Positions 1 to 7,061 of a stretch of DNA of 27,907 nucleotides are shown here, piece by piece; the first letter of the stretch is position 1; each line of letters opens with the position of its first letter. Made by a program: the position numbers and the translations under genes. The notes under the pieces are model-generated. The model searched no databases, had not been told where the DNA came from, and worked only from the letters and a program-made list of their open reading frames with translations. The stretch is from positions 1 to 27,907 of IMG/VR virus record IMGVR_UViG_3300002091_000096. One strand, 5' to 3'. The DNA comes from a virus. Its lineage: Duplodnaviria; Caudoviricetes.

Positions 1-61
1 ACCGACATGCGGGCGAACTGCATCATCTGGCGCTGGGCCTCGACGACGGAGCCGGCCTGAT
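1..61 (+). repeat. Terminal direct repeat, left copy (circular overlap)
   Basis: nt 1-61 are identical to nt 27847-27907 (ACCGACATGC...GGCCTGAT); the scaffold frame is continuous across it. Confidence 0.98.
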
Positions 62-254
62 TGACGAGGAATTCCCGGTTGGTGTCGAACAGTTCCTTCA
101 GGTCGCTTGGATTGTCTTGGTCGAACAGGTCGCCAGCGGGCCTAACGCTTCGACCGAAATCCTTCTTGGCTTGGTGCATTGCGCGCCACGCCCAACGGTC
201 CAGAACGATTGACAGTCTGAGCAGTAGACGCCCGCGCCATAGTCTGAAGTTCAT
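1..254 (-). CDS. 5' part of chimeric ORF continuing across the circle junction into the scaffold gene
   Basis: Open frame from ATG 254 (GAGG SD upstream; alternative ATG 179): MNFRLWRGRLLLRLSIVLDRWAWRAMHQAKKDFGRSVRPAGDLFDQDNPSDLKELFDTNREFLVNQAGSVVEAQRQMMQFARM..., joining ORF 27303..27872 without a stop. Confidence 0.6.
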   Translation of the reverse strand, partial: MNFRLWRGRLLLRLSIVLDRWAWRAMHQAKKDFGRSVRPAGDLFDQDNPSDLKELFDTNREFLVNQAGSVVEAQRQMMQFARMS

Positions 255-543
255 TGATCGCCTCTTGCCTCCGTGCCGCTGCGCTCGTCAGATCGGCCAG
301 TTTTTCATTCAACGCGGTCCACTCTTCCGCCCGAATCACGCGGGCCTCTTCGTTCCAGATCGCCCGCACTCGGCGCGGGTTCCAGCCAAGCTGATGCGCG
401 GCATACAGCGTCCACGACTTCACGTTGTCGCCCATGCGCCGGGGCACAGCGGCCCATAACAGCGCCTTGGTTTCAGCCTGCACGGACACGCTGTTCTCCT
501 GCTTGGGTGAACGTCCCAACCTCTTGGTCATGGCTTTCTCCAA
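142..543 (-). CDS. Putative phage regulatory (CII-position) HTH-like protein
   Basis: AAHQLGWNPRRVRAIW helix-turn-helix-like segment; lies downstream of cro in the early operon; likely start ATG 531 after GGAGA. Confidence 0.6.
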   Translation of the reverse strand: MEKAMTKRLGRSPKQENSVSVQAETKALLWAAVPRRMGDNVKSWTLYAAHQLGWNPRRVRAIWNEEARVIRAEEWTALNEKLADLTSAAARRQEAINELQTMARASTAQTVNRSGPLGVARNAPSQEGFRSKR

Positions 544-642
544 TGTGTGTGCATGGAGAGAAGCTTGAGACTGGAGCGACTTGGAACGATCGTTCGTCGG
601 ATTGCCGGCAAGCTTGCGGCGAACGATCGAGAGCGCGATGGG

Positions 643-1116
643 TCATGCGGAAACTCCATCGACTTTAGAGCGCCGAAGTCCGGCGCAAATCTTGTAAACG
701 TGCCAAGCGCTGATACTAAAACGCCTAGCGACATCAGCGACGCGCTCGGTTTGAACTGCGGCGATGACCTGGGCGACCTGATTGTCAGCAAGCCGCACGC
801 GGGGATGCGCGTCCCCGCTCAAGCTGCGCTGTCGCCCCTTGGCGACTTTGTCCGCCATGTTGTCGGCGGCTGTGCCGAGAAAAAGATGATCGGGATTAAC
901 GCAGGCGGGGGTATCGCACCTATGGCAAACAAGCATTCCATCGGGGATTTCTCCCCGGAATACCTTGAACGCGACCCGGTGCGCCGATTGGAGACGCCCC
1001 TGATAGCCCACCACGCCATACCCATTTTTCCCGCATCTGCGCGTCCAAATACGGCATCCGTTGGCGGCAACGGTGACGTAATTTGTAAGGCGCCACTCAA
1101 TAGATATGCGAGCCAT
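643..1116 (-). CDS. HNH homing endonuclease 1 with C-terminal HTH
   Basis: GCRIW..GYG..AHRVA..VCHRCDTPACVNPDHLFLGT..DN motif; C-terminal VADVARRFSISAWHV. Confidence 0.9.
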   Translation of the reverse strand: MARISIEWRLTNYVTVAANGCRIWTRRCGKNGYGVVGYQGRLQSAHRVAFKVFRGEIPDGMLVCHRCDTPACVNPDHLFLGTAADNMADKVAKGRQRSLSGDAHPRVRLADNQVAQVIAAVQTERVADVARRFSISAWHVYKICAGLRRSKVDGVSA

Positions 1117-1135
1117 CTATCTGCCCCTCGACGCA

Positions 1136-1180
1136 ATCAGAAAGTCCCCGCCAGTGCGCCCGAAGGCAGCACCAGCGGGG
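1136..1180 (-). terminator. Intrinsic terminator (tR-like) in early operon
   Basis: Minus strand CCCCGCTGGTGCTGCC-TTCG-GGCGCACTGGCGGGG followed by ACTTTCTGATT; UUCG tetraloop. Confidence 0.7.
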
Positions 1181-1186
1181 CAGGCA

Positions 1187-1278
1187 AGCCTGGGGGAGGA
1201 GAAGTCCAGGCTGTGAAGAGCGCCCGACCGCGCGGGGAGCAAACGGTCGGGCCTGCGCTGACCAGGGGAGGCGCGCAG
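1187..1278 (-). ncRNA. Candidate structured RNA: three tandem hairpins with CUCCC (anti-SD) loops, cuckoo/alpha-r14-like architecture
   Basis: Stems CTGCGC/GCGCAG (loop GCCTCCCCTGGTCA), GCCCGACCG/CGGTCGGGC (loop TTTGCTCCCCGCG) and AGCCTGG/CCAGGCT (loop ACTTCTCCTCCC), directly followed by the terminator. Confidence 0.5.
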
Positions 1279-1343
1279 ATCGGCGGGCAACGGCCTCGCG
1301 CCGATTCGAACGTCGTAGACCTTTGGGCCTGGGCTAGGGCGCG

Positions 1344-1406
1344 TCACTCGCACGCCTCCACCACCAGGACGACGAAGCACACCGCCAAGAGGCAGAGGCC
1401 GGTCAT
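1344..1406 (-). CDS. Small hydrophobic peptide (20 aa)
   Basis: MTGLCLLAVCFVVLVVEACE; ATGA overlap with upstream stop, GTGA overlap downstream. Confidence 0.4.
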   Translation of the reverse strand: MTGLCLLAVCFVVLVVEACE

Positions 1407-2149
1407 GCGAAGCCCCGCGCGCGCTTCAGGGCGTCGAGCTTGGCCCGAGCCGCTTCCATGAAGGCGCTGGCGTCGTCGTCTGTGATAGGGTCTTGCGGGC
1501 CGGTCGGATGGCCAATCACATGCCGGTCGGTCTCCGGCTCCTTTGTGGGGCATGTGCCGCCGCAAGATGTCGAATTAGTGCCAGCCCATATCTCCCCATC
1601 GGGTGCTGGCTTGTCAGAACCGGAAGCATGTTCCGACTGCGGTCGATCAAGAGTTGCCTCCTCGGGAGCCGCGCTGTTATCGGCAGCGACAAGGGCTGAA
1701 GCTGTCGTTACGTCAGCCGTGCCCTCGTCACTGCCTAACGACCGGGTGTCTAGATCGGCCGTTTCTGAATGTTCGCCCGTCTCGCTGTCGTGGGCTGGCT
1801 CAAATTCTTCGTTTTCTGTGCCGGGCTTTAAAGCCGTTACGGCGGCCCTGGGAAGGTGGAAGCGTCGGGCGGCCTCTCGGGCCGTCGCACCCTGCTCCAT
1901 CGCTTCTATGGCGTCCTTTTTGACACCTAGCGCGAGTTCGTAGGCATGGACGTTGTAGTCTTGCTCGTCACGGCGCGTCGTCTCCATCGCGCGGCGCTGC
2001 AAGACGATCCGCAGGGCCTTAACGTCAAACTGCTTTTCCTTGGCACGCTTGAATACATCGCGCTGGAATTCCGTCTCGCCCTTCTGGCGGGTGCGGCTGT
2101 CCTCGATTTCCTGAATGAAACCGGCGAGGGCTTTCTTGTCGAGGTTCAT
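1403..2149 (-). CDS. GapR/DUF2312-family DNA-binding protein with extra HTH and acidic tail
   Basis: N-terminus LAGFIQEIE..RDVFKRAKEKQFDVKALRIVLQRRAM..YELALG matches the DUF2312 pattern; start ATG 2149 overlaps the cro stop. Confidence 0.8.
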   Translation of the reverse strand: MNLDKKALAGFIQEIEDSRTRQKGETEFQRDVFKRAKEKQFDVKALRIVLQRRAMETTRRDEQDYNVHAYELALGVKKDAIEAMEQGATAREAARRFHLPRAAVTALKPGTENEEFEPAHDSETGEHSETADLDTRSLGSDEGTADVTTASALVAADNSAAPEEATLDRPQSEHASGSDKPAPDGEIWAGTNSTSCGGTCPTKEPETDRHVIGHPTGPQDPITDDDASAFMEAARAKLDALKRARGFA

Positions 2150-2388
2150 GACCTGACTCGCTTTGCTGCACGGCGAGGCTTGGCAGGGGGAAGTGCGCCA
2201 AAGTAGTCGGGTCTGATCTGATACCGCGTGACCTTGCCGCCGGTCTTTTCCTCGATCTCGATAGCTCGGTCGGGCGGCACGGAAGCCCACTGGCTCACGG
2301 CCGATTCGGTAATGCCTAGAAGCTTGGCAAGATCGACGTTTTTGCCGCCTGCCGCTTCCCGCGCGAGATCAAATCCAAGACTGCTCAT
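2146..2388 (-). CDS. cro: Cro-like (YdaS-type) repressor
   Basis: LAKLLGITESAVSQW HTH, VPPDRAIEIE..TGGKVTR..IRPDYF; divergent from CI. Confidence 0.9.
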   Translation of the reverse strand: MSSLGFDLAREAAGGKNVDLAKLLGITESAVSQWASVPPDRAIEIEEKTGGKVTRYQIRPDYFGALPPAKPRRAAKRVRS

Positions 2389-2470
2389 GACGCAACCATA
2401 AGCGTTACTAAAGTTCCACGCAAGCAAAACTTTAGTAGCGGTTGATCCGGCTATTCGGGACAACTTAAGA
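2389..2470. promoter_or_regulatory. Divergent cro/cI control region with operator-like inverted repeats
   Basis: AT-rich; perfect 10-bp inverted repeat TACTAAAGTT (2406-2415) / AACTTTAGTA (2428-2437). Confidence 0.7.
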
Positions 2471-3160
2471 ATGGGGATTGGTAAGCGTATCGAGGCCGCA
2501 ATGCTGAGTGCCGGCAAGAAGCCGGTCGATATCGCGCGCCATTTCAAGATCACCGAGTCGGCTGTCTCGCAGTGGTTCGCCAAGGACACCGGCCCCAAGG
2601 TCACCCGCTACAGCGACCTCGCGGCGTTCCTCCACACGACTGTGGATAATCTCACGCGGGAGCCGCCGCCTTCAGGGCAGATCAGCTTTCTGGCGCCGGA
2701 GCCGCCCCAGCGGCGCCTTGGCGCAACGGAAACCCCCGCCATTTTCTCACCTCCGACCGACAAGCCTGATATTCCCGTATGGGCAAGCGTCGCGGCCGGT
2801 GACGGCGACGGCGAAATGATCCTGACCGCCGAGCCGATTGACTATATCCGCCGGTCCGAGCGCACGCTGAACGTCCGCGATCCCTGGGCCTTCCACGTCG
2901 TCGGCGACAGCATGTTGGAGCGGCTGGCCCAAGGCGATCAGGTGGTCATCAACCCCGCCCTGCCCCTGCTGCCGGGCTCCGACTGCGTGTTCGTGCACCA
3001 AGCCGAGGACGGCACGATGTACGGGCTGGTCAAGCGGCTGCTGCGGGTCGGCTCCGATGCTTGGCGCGTTCGGCAGTTCAATCCCGCGAAAGACTATGAA
3101 CTGAGCCGTAAGAAGTGGGCCAAAGCATACCGGATTGCCGAGATTCGTCCGCGCATGTGA
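2471..3160 (+). CDS. cI: CI-like repressor (HTH + S24 autopeptidase)
   Basis: HTH IARHFKITESAVSQW; AAG cleavage-site motif; catalytic GDSM serine and VKRL lysine. Confidence 0.95.
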   Translation: MGIGKRIEAAMLSAGKKPVDIARHFKITESAVSQWFAKDTGPKVTRYSDLAAFLHTTVDNLTREPPPSGQISFLAPEPPQRRLGATETPAIFSPPTDKPDIPVWASVAAGDGDGEMILTAEPIDYIRRSERTLNVRDPWAFHVVGDSMLERLAQGDQVVINPALPLLPGSDCVFVHQAEDGTMYGLVKRLLRVGSDAWRVRQFNPAKDYELSRKKWAKAYRIAEIRPRM

Positions 3161-3270
3161 TTTTTTTTGCCTAACGGCTTAAGTTTCGCTTGACCGAGCG
3201 CAGTCCGCGTGTTCTGACCCTCTGAGAGCCGATCACGGTCGGCTCAACTGAGTGCCAGCTTAACTAGGGA
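3161..3270 (+). promoter_or_regulatory. PL-like promoter/operator region of second early operon
   Basis: TTAAG-N5-CTTGA operator-like site overlapping TTGACC -35 (about 3179-3195); hairpin GAGCCGA/TCGGCTC at 3226-3245. Confidence 0.5.
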
Positions 3271-3278
3271 GACGGAAC

Positions 3279-3590
3279 ATGCAGAGCTTGATTGTCTACC
3301 CGGACGGAACCAGCGAGCCGGGCGTCGAGTTCCCGGTCGCTAACGGGTTCGTGTCCCGCGTCGTGAGCGCCGTTGCCGAAGCGAACATTGAAGACGCGGT
3401 GAAGGTTTGCGCCATCCTCAACGCACACGCCGAGAAGACACCTCGCCCGGCTCGTGTGCGGCGGATGCCGGTCGGCGAGTGCACATACTGCGACGCGAAC
3501 GGCGCTTCAATGATGATGCCGCCGCACGACGCCTCGCCCCGCTGCGAGAGCGGCAAGCGTAATCACTGCACCTGCGACACCTGCTTTTAG
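3279..3590 (+). CDS. Hypothetical protein with C-terminal Cys/His cluster
   Basis: GGGAG SD; CTYC...H....RC....HCTCDTCF. Confidence 0.75.
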   Translation: MQSLIVYPDGTSEPGVEFPVANGFVSRVVSAVAEANIEDAVKVCAILNAHAEKTPRPARVRRMPVGECTYCDANGASMMMPPHDASPRCESGKRNHCTCDTCF

Positions 3591-3598
3591 GGAGCATT

Positions 3599-3964
3599 GT
3601 GATGGACGGATCAACCTCCTGGCCCAGCCGTAGCGCGGGACACGCCGCCCGCCGCCACAGCATCAAAGAGCAGTGGTCGGACACCCGCCAGGAACTGACG
3701 CAGATGGAACAGGCGGCGCGGTTCTACCTGATGGCAGTCAAAGCCAGACGTGACCGCACATACGACGCGGAACTGGTCAAGGAGATCGACAACCACGCCA
3801 GCGATTTTGCGGGCCGCGTTCTTGACCTCCTCTCCAGCCTGCACGGCGCCGAGCAGAAGGAAGCCGACGACGCGGGCATCGATCCCGACTCCTTCGCCTT
3901 CGATGTCAGCATTCTACAGGACGAATACGAGACGTGGAACGCAAGAGCGGAGGCACGGCGATGA
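3599..3964 (+). CDS. Hypothetical phage protein
   Basis: GGGAG SD; operon context; ATGA overlap with next gene. Confidence 0.7.
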   Translation: MMDGSTSWPSRSAGHAARRHSIKEQWSDTRQELTQMEQAARFYLMAVKARRDRTYDAELVKEIDNHASDFAGRVLDLLSSLHGAEQKEADDAGIDPDSFAFDVSILQDEYETWNARAEARR

Positions 3965-4140
3965 ACAAGGACCTCTGGATCGACGGATACGACCGCCTTC
4001 TGGAAGAGGGCGAGGAACTGGGCATGACGCCGACCGAGGCGGAAGCCTACGCCGAACGCTACGCGCATGACCGCTTCGTGGGTCGCATTGCCGACATGGC
4101 CGACCACGCGCGGCTTCTCAAGAAGGAGGGACGGGTATGA
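3961..4140 (+). CDS. Hypothetical phage protein
   Basis: MNKDLWIDGYDRLLEEG...; GGAGG SD; overlaps on both sides. Confidence 0.7.
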   Translation: MNKDLWIDGYDRLLEEGEELGMTPTEAEAYAERYAHDRFVGRIADMADHARLLKKEGRV

Positions 4141-4415
4141 GGACCAAGCACCGCATGACGGCCTACGCGCCGTTCGGGCTCCAGCCCGACAGCCTGGAAG
4201 TGCTGATTGAGTACAGCTTCACGCCCGGCAGCCCCGCCGTCATGTACGGCACGCCGCAGCCCGCCGATCCCGCCGAGGTTGACCTGATCAGCGTCAAGCT
4301 CGTCCACCACCAGATCGACGACCAGATGCAGGCGATGCTGGAGGAGTGGGCGGGGGAGTACCTGTCAACGGACGGATACAGCGACGCCCTCGAGAACGCG
4401 ATGGAGCGGACATGA
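4137..4415 (+). CDS. Hypothetical acidic phage protein
   Basis: ATGA overlap; GGAGG SD; phage-like codon usage. Confidence 0.7.
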   Translation: MRTKHRMTAYAPFGLQPDSLEVLIEYSFTPGSPAVMYGTPQPADPAEVDLISVKLVHHQIDDQMQAMLEEWAGEYLSTDGYSDALENAMERT

Positions 4416-4507
4416 ACGACCCGCGTTGCGGCACCACACTGTGCCCCATTCCACCACGGCGTCGGTACGGCTTGTTCCGCCGATGGATCATCTGGCTTTT
4501 CACCTAG
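4412..4507 (+). CDS. Small hypothetical peptide (31 aa)
   Basis: MNDPRCGTTLCPIPPRRRYGLFRRWIIWLFT; fills the gap with an ATGA overlap. Confidence 0.45.
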   Translation: MNDPRCGTTLCPIPPRRRYGLFRRWIIWLFT

Positions 4508-4516
4508 GAGAACGAC

Positions 4517-5218
4517 ATGAACCGCAGCGAAAACATCAACGAACTAGCCGCCGCAATGGCGAAGGCACAAGGCGAGATCGAGGGAGCCGTCAAGGACAAG
4601 AGCAATCCCGCGTTTCGCTCCAAGTACGCCGACCTCGGCGCGGTATGGGATGCCGTCAGGGAGCCGCTCGCCAAGAACGGACTGTCGATCATCCAGCTTC
4701 CGCGCCGATCCGACAACGGCATCGAGGTCGAGACGATGCTGATGCACTCGTCGGGCCAGTGGCTTTCCAACACGCTCGGGATGCCCACCGCGAAGCCTGA
4801 TGCCCACGGCGTCGGCTCGGCCATCACCTACGCGCGCCGGTTCAGCCTGTCGGCATTCTGCGGCGTGGCCCCCGTCGATGACGACGGCAACGCGGCGGCT
4901 GGGCGCGAAACCGGCGTGATGGGCGCAGCGTCCAACAGCATCGAGCAGGCCCGCCAGGAGATCGTGGCGACGACCGGCAACGACAAGTCCACTTATCGCA
5001 TCGGCGCCGACAAGAAGGCGGCGGCCAATGCGAAAGCTTGGGCAGACACGGCCATCGAATCGCTCAACTTCGCCAGCAGCCGCGAGGACGTGGACGGCTG
5101 GTTTGAGAGCAACGAAAAGGCGCTCGGCAAGCTGGAGGACAACCACCCGGAACAGTATGAGCGCGTCTGCCTCGCGGCTGACAACGCCCGCGACCGCTTC
5201 AAGGCCATCGCCGCATGA
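4517..5218 (+). CDS. erf: ERF-family single-strand annealing protein
   Basis: AMAKAQ..KDKSNPAFRSKYADL..HSSGQW..GSAITYARRFSL..DDDGNAA motifs. Confidence 0.93.
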   Translation: MNRSENINELAAAMAKAQGEIEGAVKDKSNPAFRSKYADLGAVWDAVREPLAKNGLSIIQLPRRSDNGIEVETMLMHSSGQWLSNTLGMPTAKPDAHGVGSAITYARRFSLSAFCGVAPVDDDGNAAAGRETGVMGAASNSIEQARQEIVATTGNDKSTYRIGADKKAAANAKAWADTAIESLNFASSREDVDGWFESNEKALGKLEDNHPEQYERVCLAADNARDRFKAIAA

Positions 5219-5676
5219 CCACGCGCTTCGTGGAAACAGAGCAGGACCGGATTTTGCTGGTCCGCTTCATACAAAGCCAGCCGCTGCCGCTGACCGTATC
5301 CCTGTCGAAGGGCGGAAAGCGGACCCTGCGGCAGAACAAGCTCCAGCGGCTTTGGCTGAACGAGATAGCAGAGCAATTAGGCGACTGGACGCCGGAGGAA
5401 GTGCGCGGATATTGCAAGCTGACCATCGGCGTTCCCATCCTCAGGGCCGAGAACGGGGACTTTCGCGAGCGGTATGACGCCATCGTTCGGCCGCTTCCCT
5501 ACGAGCAGAAAGTCGCCCTCATGATGGAGCCACTCGACTTTCCCATCAGCCGACTCATGACCACGAAGCAGGCAACGGCCTACCTGGATGGCATCCACCG
5601 GCACTTCTCCGAGAAGGGCGTCGCGCTGACAGATCCCGGCGACCTTCTCCCGGTCGCTGAACGGCGGGCAGCATGA
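5215..5676 (+). CDS. NinB/YbcN-like recombination accessory protein
   Basis: [20 protein letters not shown] and [14 protein letters not shown] motifs; follows erf. Confidence 0.65.
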   Translation: MTTRFVETEQDRILLVRFIQSQPLPLTVSLSKGGKRTLRQNKLQRLWLNEIAEQLGDWTPEEVRGYCKLTIGVPILRAENGDFRERYDAIVRPLPYEQKVALMMEPLDFPISRLMTTKQATAYLDGIHRHFSEKGVALTDPGDLLPVAERRAA

Positions 5677-5710
5677 GCGCGGAGCGGGCCATTCCGCTCA
5701 AGGAGGCAGC

Positions 5711-6049
5711 GTGAGGGTGCTTGTTTGCGGCGGCCGAGACTACCACGACATTCGCTCGGTCTTCACGTCGCTTGATGGGCTTGTGCCCCAACCGACGTTT
5801 GTCATGCATGGCGGCGCAAACGGCGCGGATGCGTGCGCCGGAGAATGGTCACATAGGCGGCGAGTTGAATGCAGGGTGTATCAGGCGGATTGGAACAAGC
5901 ACGGCCGGGCAGCCGGACCGATTCGCAACCAGAAGATGCTTGATCATGGAAAGCCCGATTTGGTCGTCGCATTCCCCGGTGGCATCGGCACGGCAGATAT
6001 GGTGCGGCGCGCAAAGGCGGCTGGCGTCCGCGTGCTGGAGGTACAATGA
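5711..6049 (+). CDS. SLOG-family (DUF2493/YspA-like) protein
   Basis: [49 protein letters not shown]. Confidence 0.9.
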   Translation: MRVLVCGGRDYHDIRSVFTSLDGLVPQPTFVMHGGANGADACAGEWSHRRRVECRVYQADWNKHGRAAGPIRNQKMLDHGKPDLVVAFPGGIGTADMVRRAKAAGVRVLEVQ

Positions 6050-6417
6050 GCCGCCGCGAGTTCCCCCGCAAGGTCCGCGCGGAGATCGTCCTGCGCGCCG
6101 TGAATGGCGACGGCCGGATCGCCTGCGAGGGATGCGGGCTGGTGCTGGGCCACAAGCCCTATCACGTGGACCACACCATCCCCGAGGGGCTGCTGGCCGA
6201 CAAGAGCCGCCCGCTGACTGCGGCCGATGGCAGGCTCCTGGGATGGGACTGCTGCCATAAGCCCAAAACCGCCGTCGATGTCGGGCAGATCGCGAAGTCC
6301 ACACGGCAGCGGGACAAGGCGCTGGGCATCCGCAAGGCCCCCGCCTTTCAATCGAAGTGGAAGCGCAAGGTTAACGGACAGACAGTGTTGAGGGAGGGAA
6401 GCGATGAAATCCATTGA
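6046..6417 (+). CDS. HNH-type nuclease (nin-region type)
   Basis: CEGCG...HVDHTIP...CCHKPKT. Confidence 0.8.
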   Translation: MSRREFPRKVRAEIVLRAVNGDGRIACEGCGLVLGHKPYHVDHTIPEGLLADKSRPLTAADGRLLGWDCCHKPKTAVDVGQIAKSTRQRDKALGIRKAPAFQSKWKRKVNGQTVLREGSDEIH

Positions 6418-6730
6418 ACGGATTATAGATGCACTTTACCGCGACGCCGACGAAACCGTCGCATCGGCGCGCGTTGACATTGGCTACACCGAATCAGAGA
6501 CGATGATCGAAATCGGCCCTCATCCTGGGTTCTCCTCTGGGTCTATGGTCGTGGTGTTCACGCAAGGGTCCGGCGAAAGTTTGTGCTTGTACGAATTGGA
6601 GTTCTGCCGGGCTGACGTGCGAGAGGCGCGCACGCTGGCGGCGGCGCTTAATGCGTGGGCCGACTGGGCCGCATCGGCAGAGAAGCAAGAAGGCGGCGAT
6701 CATATTGTGCCGCCGCCCGCAAAGCTGTGA
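6404..6730 (+). CDS. Hypothetical phage protein
   Basis: GGAGG SD; operon context. Confidence 0.6.
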   Translation: MKSIERIIDALYRDADETVASARVDIGYTESETMIEIGPHPGFSSGSMVVVFTQGSGESLCLYELEFCRADVREARTLAAALNAWADWAASAEKQEGGDHIVPPPAKL

Positions 6731-6760
6731 CATGAGCGCAAAGGATCTGTGACATGAGCG
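6725..6760 (+). repeat. 14-bp direct repeat CTGTGACATGAGCG x2
   Basis: Copies at 6725-6738 and 6747-6760, each preceded by GCAAAG. Confidence 0.9.
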
Positions 6761-6857
6761 ACATAGAAATCGGGAGGGCTCATGTTCTATGGGCGGCGCT
6801 CCGCATCTGGATCGCGCTTCAAGTCCGGGCCGGGACGCCGACGCGAGTGAGGCGGTC

Positions 6858-7061
6858 ATGACCGAGCCGAAACACCTTCTGGAACGCTTCAACCTCATCA
6901 CCGAGGACGACCTGGCATCGCTGCTGGGCGTCTCCGTGAAGACGCTGAAGAACCGCCCGCACCGTGACCTGCCGTCGTTCGTGAAAGCCGGCCGCAAGAG
7001 GCTCTTCAAGGCCGATGCCGTCGAGGACTACCTGAAGGCCCGCACCGTCACAGCCGCTTGA
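6858..7061 (+). CDS. xis: Excisionase (HTH_17/AlpA-like)
   Basis: LITEDDLASLLGVSVKTLKN..LPSFVKAGRKRLF..VEDYL; adjacent to the integrase. Confidence 0.85.
   Translation: MTEPKHLLERFNLITEDDLASLLGVSVKTLKNRPHRDLPSFVKAGRKRLFKADAVEDYLKARTVTAA

Noticed and set aside
1-61. 61-bp end repeat as a biological terminal repeat or att site
   Set aside because: It falls mid-ORF with a continuous reading frame and has the form of an assembler circular overlap; attP lies elsewhere.
547-1461. 304-aa plus-strand ORF
   Set aside because: Antisense to HNH1 and the early operon; no recognisable motifs.
2146-2604. Long 152-aa version of Cro and 295-aa version of the GapR ORF
   Set aside because: The extensions overlap cI, the operators or cro; the domain-consistent starts are 2388 and 2149.
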